Shown here one piece after another: positions 57,025 to 64,000 of a stretch of 64,000 nt of DNA. The notes below the pieces were generated by a model, which was not told the DNA's origin, ran no database searches, and was given only the letters and a program-made list of their open reading frames with translations. Both the position numbers and the translations under genes were made by a program. Source of the stretch: Bacilli bacterium (GTDB lineage: Bacteria; Bacillota_I; Bacilli_A; RF39; UBA660); NCBI GenBank assembly GCA_037071015.1, contig JBAMOY010000001.1, positions 192,117 to 256,116 of the forward strand. The letters run 5' to 3'. Within the stretch, counting starts at the first letter, position 1. Each line of letters begins with the position of its first letter.

Positions 57025-58137
57025 ATGTTAAAAACAGCACTAAATGTATTAAAAAAAATAGAACAAAATGGTTTTGAAGCCTATATTGTTGGAGGCTATC
57101 CCAGAGATTATTATTTGAAAAAAGATAGTCTTGATATCGATATATGTACTAATGCAACGCCTAAAGATTTACTTGGTATTTTTCCTAATATTAATCTGTC
57201 TAATGCTAAATATGGTAGTGTTAGTTTAAATAACAATAACATCAGATTTGAAATAACTACTTTTCGAAAAGAATATAAATATATTAATAATCGTTTGCCG
57301 GCAGAAATTAAATATATAGATTCTTTAGAAGAGGATTTAAAAAGGCGAGATTTTACTATTAATACAATGTGTATTAATAGTAGTGGAACTATGATTGATT
57401 TAATGGGCGCTAGAGAAGACATAGAAAAAAGAATTATTAGAATGGTAGGTGATCCAAAAGAACGCTTAAAAGAAGATTCTTTACGGATATTGCGGGCTAT
57501 TAGGTTTGCTACTACTTTAAATTTCCAATTAGATAATCATTTAAAAAAATATATAAAAAAATATGCTTATTTACTATATAATTTATCTTATTATCGTAAA
57601 AAGGATGAACTAGATAAGATTTTTTCTAGTTGTAACAACGACTATGGTATTAAGTTGATTAGAGAATTTAAACTATATAAATATTTAGGACTTAAAAACT
57701 TTAAAAAAATCAGAGTAGTTAATTCCTTAATTGGTATATGGGCACAATTGGATGTCGATAATAACTACATGTTTAGTAAAAATGAAAGATATATGATAGA
57801 TAAGATAAAACAGCTATTAAAAATGGATATTTTATCTCCTTTTTGTTTGTATAATAATGATTTATTTTTAATTACTATATGCGGCGAAATTAAAGGAATA
57901 TCTAAAAATGACATCTATGATATTTATGAAAAATTGCCAATTAAAAATCGCTCTGATATTGATATTAATTCTGAAGATATTTGTTCAATCTTAAATATTG
58001 AACCATCATTTTTATTAAAAAAGATTTGGTTAGATTTGGAACGATGTATTTTAAATGGTGAACTAGATAATCAACATGCGGAAATTGTCGCATATTTAAA
58101 AAAAGTTGATATACAAAAATATGAAAATAAGGTATAA
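57025..58137 (+). CDS. cca: CCA-adding tRNA nucleotidyltransferase
   Basis: Pol-beta-type head (GFEAYIVGGYPRDYYLKKDSLDIDICTNATP). 370 aa. Confidence 0.8.
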   Translation: MLKTALNVLKKIEQNGFEAYIVGGYPRDYYLKKDSLDIDICTNATPKDLLGIFPNINLSNAKYGSVSLNNNNIRFEITTFRKEYKYINNRLPAEIKYIDSLEEDLKRRDFTINTMCINSSGTMIDLMGAREDIEKRIIRMVGDPKERLKEDSLRILRAIRFATTLNFQLDNHLKKYIKKYAYLLYNLSYYRKKDELDKIFSSCNNDYGIKLIREFKLYKYLGLKNFKKIRVVNSLIGIWAQLDVDNNYMFSKNERYMIDKIKQLLKMDILSPFCLYNNDLFLITICGEIKGISKNDIYDIYEKLPIKNRSDIDINSEDICSILNIEPSFLLKKIWLDLERCILNGELDNQHAEIVAYLKKVDIQKYENKV

Positions 58138-58150
58138 TAAGCGGTAGTAG

Positions 58151-58801
58151 GTGATATCGATGTTGGAAAAAGTTGAGGATTTATTAAAAAGTGGTAACTA
58201 TATAATTCCTAAATTATTAATAAATAATTTTCGTGATATTAATTTGAGCGCACAACAAACTTTGTTATTAATTTATTTAATTAATAACGATAAGTTGTTT
58301 AATCCCAAAAAGATTAGTGAAGATTTATCTTGGTCTTTAAATGAGATATTAGAAGAAATTAACGATTTAACTAGCAAAGGATTGCTTACTATTGATTTAG
58401 TTAAAAACAATAATATCCACGAAGAGTATATTAATTTAGATAGTTTTTATTCCAAATTGGCTTTTTTGGTTGTCAATGATAAACCTAAGACAGTGGATAA
58501 TAAGAATCTTTTTGATAGTTTTGAAGAGGAATTTGGCCGCACTTTGTCTCCAATGGAATATGAGATAATTAACAGTTGGAAAGATAGTGGATTTAGTGAT
58601 GAATTAATTTTTTGTGCTTTGAAAGAAGCTATCTTTAATGGTGTTAGTAATTTAAGATATATTGATAAAATACTATATGAGTGGCGTAAGAAGGGTTATG
58701 CAACTAAGGCTGATGTTGAGAAGGGGAAAAAGGCATTTAAAAAGAAAGATACACCTAATCAAGAGGTGTTTGAGTATGATTGGTTGAATGAAAATGACTG
58801 A
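58151..58801 (+). CDS. dnaD: DnaD-domain replication initiation / membrane attachment protein
   Basis: C-terminal DnaD/DnaB domain (EYEIINSWKDSGFSDELIFCALKEA...YIDKILYEWRKKG). It sits in the canonical position upstream of nth. Confidence 0.7.
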   Translation: MISMLEKVEDLLKSGNYIIPKLLINNFRDINLSAQQTLLLIYLINNDKLFNPKKISEDLSWSLNEILEEINDLTSKGLLTIDLVKNNNIHEEYINLDSFYSKLAFLVVNDKPKTVDNKNLFDSFEEEFGRTLSPMEYEIINSWKDSGFSDELIFCALKEAIFNGVSNLRYIDKILYEWRKKGYATKADVEKGKKAFKKKDTPNQEVFEYDWLNEND

Positions 58802-59405
58802 TAGAATAATTGATTATTTAGATGAACTAATTCCTAATCCAGCTTGCGAATTAAAATATAGTAAGGACTATGAATTACTCCTATCAGTAATGTTAAGTGC
58901 ACAAACAACTGATAAGCGAGTGAATGCAGTTACTGATATTTTATACCACCAATATCCTAGCTTAATTGAATTACGTGATGCCGATTTAAATGATATAATA
59001 GATATTATTCGACCAATTGGAACTTTTTATAAAAAAGCTTATAATATTAAAGTTATTGCTGAAAGATTATTAAAAGACTGTGATGGTAGAGTACCTAATG
59101 ATCGTAACTACTTAGAAAGTTTACCAGGCGTTGGTCGCAAAACTACCAATGTTGTTTTAAGCAATCTTTATAATGTTCCTTGCATAGCGGTTGATACTCA
59201 TGTATCGAGGGTTAGTAAACGTTTAGGTCTAGCTAAACAAAATGATGATGTTTTAACTATTGAGAAAAAATTAACTCGTAAATTTCCGCGAGAGCGGTTA
59301 TCGCGTTTACATCATCAATTAGTTTTATTTGGTCGTTATTATTGTAAAGCTCAAAACCCGGCTTGTGATCAATGCAGGCTAAAAGATATATGCAAAAAAA
59401 GATAA
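58788..59405 (+). CDS. nth: Endonuclease III
   Basis: The HhH-GPD motif (LPGVGRKTTNVVL) and a C-terminal [4Fe-4S] cluster loop (CKAQNPACDQCRLKDIC). Confidence 0.9.
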   Translation: MKMTDRIIDYLDELIPNPACELKYSKDYELLLSVMLSAQTTDKRVNAVTDILYHQYPSLIELRDADLNDIIDIIRPIGTFYKKAYNIKVIAERLLKDCDGRVPNDRNYLESLPGVGRKTTNVVLSNLYNVPCIAVDTHVSRVSKRLGLAKQNDDVLTIEKKLTRKFPRERLSRLHHQLVLFGRYYCKAQNPACDQCRLKDICKKR

Positions 59406-59422
59406 TTTTTGAATTATCTTTT

Positions 59423-62400
59423 TTATTTTACAACAACATTGACTACTTGGTGATCAGTAAAAGTTTTATAAGAAATACTGTAACTAATTTTATAAGTACC
59501 TGCAGTCTTTGTAAAGGTATTTTCATTTACTTTGGTATTAGAACTATCTAATACCTCGTATGTGATACTGGCTTTATCAGTGACATCAATCAAATTGTCG
59601 TATACAATAACATCATTAAAGTTATAAGTGTCGTTGATATTTATAGTAATTGTATCCTTTTTGACTTCACTGTATATAATTGAATCCATACCGCTAAAGT
59701 TAACTTTTGTTTCAGCGCCGCTACTAATACATCCTTGATATATAGAATAAGTTGTTTTGACTACATATGTTGTTGTACTAGTTGATTTTATAGTTAGCGT
59801 AACTTTTGAGTCACTGGTTGTTTTTAATAATGTTAATTTACCGTTACTATCTTTGGAGTAAACCTTATATTGAACACTACCTAAAGTTTTTTCGTTTGAA
59901 GCTATACGTTGGTTTAACATAGCTTCATAATCTTTGTATAGCCCTTTAAAGTATTCTGTTAATTTTGTCTTATTAATCGCATCAGGAGTTTTAATTGGAC
60001 TCCATGATAAAGTCAATTGATTTCCTTTAACAGAGCTTGTTAAATTAGTTACATTATCTAAAGATTTATATCTTGTAGATACTTCTGTTGGTTCAGTACC
60101 GGCTCTGAAAAGTTCAGTTATGCGCATATTACTTGGTGTGTTTTCACTAGGTAATTGAGCTGGATAAGTTTCTAGTTCAACTTCGACAGCTACAACACCA
60201 CTTGGTTTAGTTCTTGTTGAATTTTTGGTAAAGACATTTTTAGCAATTGCTTGGAATAAGCGAGAGTGTTGATTACTACCAAAATGCGTATAGTATTGGC
60301 TGTTAATCTTACGATATCCATACCATAAACCGATTGAATAAGTATCGTTATAGCCGATTACCCATAAATCATTAATAGCTGAATCTGGTAAGTTATGATC
60401 TCTTTTAGCATTTTCATCAAAGTTAGTTGTTCCTGTCTTGGCAGCATAATTAACGCCATTAACATTAGAATAACCACCTAAGGCATAAGAACTAGTACCA
60501 TATAATATATCGCTAATCATATAAGCTGTTTCAGCGCTCATAGCACGTTGCTTGGAAACCTTATTTTCATATACCTCATCATTTTCACGATATACGATTT
60601 TAGTAAAACTATATGGTTCTATATAATAACCACCGTTAGCGAAGGCTGAATAAGCTGCCGCCATAGAAAGTGGTGATTCTCCAGTATAGCCACCAATTGA
60701 ATGAGCTTCGTGGATTGATGTTGGCTTAATAGCATCAATAACATCAGTGCTATCATTTACGTTAATACATTTTTTACCATCTAGTTTATAACCCGACTTA
60801 CAGCTATAGCCTTCTGGGGTTAAACCAAGACCTTCGACAAATTTCAAAATATTCTTATTACTAGTTTGTTGGAAAGCTTTTAAAGCTGGAATATTACGTG
60901 ATAATTTTAATGCTTCACGAGAAGTCATAAAGCCCATGTAAGTACCATCCCAGTTATTAATTTGTTTACCGTCAGAATAAGTGTATGGCTCATCAATGAA
61001 AGGAGTATAAGTAGAGAAATTACTATATTCCATACCTGGACCGTAATCATAAAGTGGTTTAGCTGTTGAACCAATTTGCTTTTTGGTTTGAGTGGCTGTA
61101 TTAAAGGTTCTAGCTTCGTTTTTATTACGACCACCACCAAGGGCTACAATAGCTCCTGTATTGACATTTATAATAGCTGCTCCAGCATCAACATAGTCAT
61201 TCTCCCAAGAATAAGATGTACCGTTCATAATGTTGTCTACACTAGTTTGAATATTTTTGTCCATTGTAGTGTAGATTTTCATTGGAATTTGATAAGGATC
61301 GTTTCCTGTTTTATCTTTAACTTCCTCAATGACGTTATCGATGAATGATTGATATTTGAAAGAGGTGTCATTAGTATTAGTGTGTAATAATGAAGTAACC
61401 GGAATAGCTAAAGCGGCATCACGTTCTGTTTCTGTAATATAACCATGACGCAACATTAAATTTAATACTGTTTTTCTTCTTGCTTCGGCATTTTCAGGAT
61501 ATCTGTATGGGTTATGCGAAGAAGGAGCTTGGAATAAACCTGCAATTAATGAAGCTTCGGCAAGGTTTATATCTTTACAGCTTTTATTGAAATAGGTTAA
61601 ACAAGCTTGTTCTACACCATAAGCACCGGCTCCTAAATTATTAGAGTTAACATAAAACTCCATGATTTCTTCTTTAGTATATTTTTTTTCAACTTGAAAG
61701 ATAGACATATAGATATCTGTAAATTTTCTGATGATACCTTTTATTCCCGTTGAAGTAGTTGATGTATAGTGATTTTTAACAACTTGCATTGTAAGAGTAG
61801 AAGCACCACCAGCATTTTTACCTAGCACTTGTAAGATAGATGCTTTCATAAAACGTGGTAAGTCAAATCCGTTATGTTGAAAGAATCTTGAATCTTCTGT
61901 CGCAATAATTGCGTCAATTAAAACTTCAGGAAGATCTTCATAAGTGATATTTTCACGTTTTTCTGTACCAAGTTTTGTCATTACACCATTATCGGTATCA
62001 TATAGAATAGTTGATTCTTTATGATATAATTCATTCGGATCAAATTTCGGAGCGGAAGCCGCAATGTATATAAAGAATGCTATTCCTAAACCTATCATTA
62101 ATAAGAAGACCGCTAAAAATGAGATTAAAACAATTTTAATAATTTTTTGTCGCTTTGTTTTTTTCTTTTTGGTTGTATTGTTAGTTTTCTTTTTCATATC
62201 TATAACCCTTTCTTCTTTTTCTTTATTTTTTTTAATTATTGGCTTGGATACCTTCTTTTTATTTAATACCTCTGGTAAAACAAAAATCAAAACATCTATT
62301 ATAGCTATTAGTAGTAGTGATTTAAAGAACCCTATAACAAAACTACCAATAATGATTCCTACTATACTTATTAGTCCAATGATGATGTTAGCTTGGTTGT

Positions 62401-62440
62401 TAAAAATAAACTTTCGTGCCTTTTTAGTGAATTCCTTCAT
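59423..62440 (-). CDS. ponA: Class A bifunctional penicillin-binding protein (PBP1A)
   Basis: Glycosyltransferase GT51 motifs (EDSRFFQHNGFD, GGSTLTMQ), transpeptidase motifs (SxxK, SxN, KTGT) and a long C-terminal extension. The start overlaps the recU stop (TAATG). Confidence 0.9.
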   Translation of the reverse strand: MKEFTKKARKFIFNNQANIIIGLISIVGIIIGSFVIGFFKSLLLIAIIDVLIFVLPEVLNKKKVSKPIIKKNKEKEERVIDMKKKTNNTTKKKKTKRQKIIKIVLISFLAVFLLMIGLGIAFFIYIAASAPKFDPNELYHKESTILYDTDNGVMTKLGTEKRENITYEDLPEVLIDAIIATEDSRFFQHNGFDLPRFMKASILQVLGKNAGGASTLTMQVVKNHYTSTTSTGIKGIIRKFTDIYMSIFQVEKKYTKEEIMEFYVNSNNLGAGAYGVEQACLTYFNKSCKDINLAEASLIAGLFQAPSSHNPYRYPENAEARRKTVLNLMLRHGYITETERDAALAIPVTSLLHTNTNDTSFKYQSFIDNVIEEVKDKTGNDPYQIPMKIYTTMDKNIQTSVDNIMNGTSYSWENDYVDAGAAIINVNTGAIVALGGGRNKNEARTFNTATQTKKQIGSTAKPLYDYGPGMEYSNFSTYTPFIDEPYTYSDGKQINNWDGTYMGFMTSREALKLSRNIPALKAFQQTSNKNILKFVEGLGLTPEGYSCKSGYKLDGKKCINVNDSTDVIDAIKPTSIHEAHSIGGYTGESPLSMAAAYSAFANGGYYIEPYSFTKIVYRENDEVYENKVSKQRAMSAETAYMISDILYGTSSYALGGYSNVNGVNYAAKTGTTNFDENAKRDHNLPDSAINDLWVIGYNDTYSIGLWYGYRKINSQYYTHFGSNQHSRLFQAIAKNVFTKNSTRTKPSGVVAVEVELETYPAQLPSENTPSNMRITELFRAGTEPTEVSTRYKSLDNVTNLTSSVKGNQLTLSWSPIKTPDAINKTKLTEYFKGLYKDYEAMLNQRIASNEKTLGSVQYKVYSKDSNGKLTLLKTTSDSKVTLTIKSTSTTTYVVKTTYSIYQGCISSGAETKVNFSGMDSIIYSEVKKDTITININDTYNFNDVIVYDNLIDVTDKASITYEVLDSSNTKVNENTFTKTAGTYKISYSISYKTFTDHQVVNVVVK

Positions 62441-63015
62441 TATATACCTCCTAAGTAATTTTTGTCGACGATTGATAAATAATCAATAAAAGGATTAAAG
62501 CCGTCTTTAATTATATAACCATCACTCTCAAAAAAAGTAATGGGAATTGATTTTGTTTGATGCTCTTTAATATATTTTATCATTTTTTCGCTATCTAGTA
62601 AAAATGTTTTATTTAAGGTTGTAAATCGGACAATTATAAAAGCAATTCCACCATGTTTCATTACTTTTTCTAAATGATCAATCTGGTGTTTATGAATATT
62701 TTGAATTGGGAAAGAAGTTTTACTTTTAGTTTCTTTAGCTTCAAAATCAATATATCTACCTTTATAGATGCCATTGTAATCAGTTGTAGATGGAGTTTTG
62801 AAATATGCTTCTTTAATAACTGCATCTAATCTAGATGGATAATCGACTTTTGTAATAGTTATAGGCGTTGGTTTCTTATATATAATAGCAATATCGTGAT
62901 TACGATAATATGTATTTGTTTCATTTAGTTCATATTCTAAACCCATTCCACGATTGCCATAATTTATTTTTTTGGTATTATGAAATGCCTTTTTAATACC
63001 GTTTGGATAATTCAT
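62440..63015 (-). CDS. recU: Holliday junction resolvase RecU
   Basis: 191 aa. RecU signatures (GMGLEYEL ... DFEAKETK). Canonical recU-ponA operon. Confidence 0.88.
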   Translation of the reverse strand: MNYPNGIKKAFHNTKKINYGNRGMGLEYELNETNTYYRNHDIAIIYKKPTPITITKVDYPSRLDAVIKEAYFKTPSTTDYNGIYKGRYIDFEAKETKSKTSFPIQNIHKHQIDHLEKVMKHGGIAFIIVRFTTLNKTFLLDSEKMIKYIKEHQTKSIPITFFESDGYIIKDGFNPFIDYLSIVDKNYLGGI

Positions 63016-63336
63016 ATAATCACCAATATAATTATACTATAAATAACGATAATTTTCCATAACAATCAGCAAAAATGACAAAATAGTAATTTTGTCATTT
63101 TTTATCTTTGTTTTGCTAACTTTGTCGAATCGGTATTTTTTTTAAAATAATTATGGTAATTTAAAATAGAGGTGGATACTATGGAACGTTATTATCATAT
63201 AGAAAAAATTTTTGATGATATGATTGATGATGTTAAGTATATTAAATTGGCTACTGGTTTTTCAAATAAGAACCAGTAGTTTTTTTGACATTTTATAGGT
63301 TTAGTGCTAAAATAATTCGCCATAAAAGGTGATTGA

Positions 63337-63999
63337 ATGAATAGGGTTTTGAAAGATATAGAGATGGCTAAAAAAATTATCAAAGGAGAAGAATACTATA
63401 ATTTCTTTAGTGAATATAGCCATATATATCCTTTTACTACGGAAAACATAAAAGGTTATTTAAATGAAATTAATCTTTTTATTAAAGACGATGATAATTT
63501 TTTAGTTCCTTGTGCTTCGACAGATCACTTATTGAATCTTGTCGGTATGGGGGCTAGAAATATTGATACATTTGATATTAGTATTTTTCCTAAATATTAC
63601 ATGTATTTAAAGTTGGCTGCTTTAAAAGAATTAGAATTTGATGAGTTCAAACAATATTTGTTTTGCAATGGTAAAAATGCTAATATTTTTGCTGAAAATA
63701 ATTATGTTAAATTAAGAGGAACATTAGAGAATATGGATCAATCATCACTAGTATTTTGGGATGGTTTATATGATTTTGCTCCTGGGTATAAAATAATATT
63801 GTCAAAATTGTTTAGTGATGGATGTGGTAAAGGATTTCGTTTGACTAATAATTTTTATACGGATGAATCAATCTTTAATGAGATTAAAGAAAGAATGGAT
63901 ATGATTAATATCAATTTTTATCATTGTGATATCGAAGAGTTACCACTTTATATACATAAAAAATATAGATGTATCTTATTATCTAATATTAATGACTAT
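63337..63999 (+). CDS. Hypothetical protein, 3'-truncated at the window edge; possible DUF3419/SAM-dependent-methyltransferase-like
   Basis: ATG at 63337 with the frame open to the window end. Weak nucleotide-binding-like LVGMGARNIDTFDIS segment. Not in the ORF track because it has no stop codon. Confidence 0.35.
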   Translation, partial: MNRVLKDIEMAKKIIKGEEYYNFFSEYSHIYPFTTENIKGYLNEINLFIKDDDNFLVPCASTDHLLNLVGMGARNIDTFDISIFPKYYMYLKLAALKELEFDEFKQYLFCNGKNANIFAENNYVKLRGTLENMDQSSLVFWDGLYDFAPGYKIILSKLFSDGCGKGFRLTNNFYTDESIFNEIKERMDMININFYHCDIEELPLYIHKKYRCILLSNINDY

Positions 64000-64000
64000 A

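Noticed and set aside
59423-62440. A shorter internal start for ponA at MKKKTNN (about 62194).
   Set aside because: The upstream ATG overlaps the recU stop (TAATG) and has a GGAGG ribosome-binding site, which is the classical recU-ponA coupling. I kept the long form but flag the ambiguity.
1-64000. CRISPR arrays, rRNA or tRNA genes, prophage or transposon.
   Set aside because: No repeat-spacer periodicity was visible. No intergenic gap has the GC-rich structured character of tRNA or rRNA; the largest gaps are AT-rich promoter regions. No integrase, transposase, recombinase or phage structural signatures appear among the ORFs.

Overview
This 64-kb window is AT-rich chromosomal DNA from a low-GC Gram-positive bacterium (Bacillota). 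It carries spore-coat-like and SpoVD/SpoVE-like genes, so it is probably a spore-forming lineage such as Erysipelotrichia or Clostridia. I did not compute G+C; by eye it is roughly 30%. I found no rRNA, tRNA, CRISPR array, integrase or transposase.

Most of the window is core housekeeping in recognisable operons: tig-priA-fmt, ruvA-ruvB-queA, miaA, rnj, ftsY-ylxM-ffh, trmB, a truncated cell-wall cluster (class B PBP-mraY-ftsW), rimM-trmD-rplS-lepB, hup, cca, dnaD-nth and recU-ponA.

Several lineage-specific insertions sit between the conserved blocks and are the most interesting content:
- A self-contained three-gene operon between miaA and rnj with the IbrA/IbrB architecture: a PAPS-reductase-like PP-loop protein with a long C-terminal extension, a small GNAT-like protein, and a ParB-like nuclease-domain protein. 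It has its own promoter region and a bidirectional terminator. I read it as a candidate DNA/nucleotide modification or conflict module of unknown biochemistry.
- A HerA/FtsK-type (DUF87) P-loop ATPase plus a small membrane protein wedged between ylxM and ffh. The membrane-protein gene is driven by a perfect consensus TTGACA-17-TATAAT promoter.
- Three tandem paralogous VanY-like M15B peptidases divergent from a dacA-type carboxypeptidase.
- A thioester-domain (TQXA) surface protein with an xPQTx sorting signal, followed by a class-B-like sortase.
- A divergent stand-alone SecA paralog with an insert in the second ATPase domain and no zinc-finger tail. A tandem-HTH XRE regulator lies upstream, beside a perfect 22-bp palindromic operator.
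- A CotD-like Cys/His-rich protein behind a sigma-K-type promoter, and a LemA/DUF2207 pair.
- A TetR-MMPL-YhgE/Pip-like cluster, a YfhO/CsbB-like glycosylation pair, and an orphan ComGC-like pseudopilin.

Synteny around ffh is broken: no rpsP follows it, and rimM-trmD-rplS lie about 30 kb away. Several hypothetical genes are translationally coupled into conserved operons, for example a 205-aa ORF whose GTG start overlaps the ruvB stop codon.
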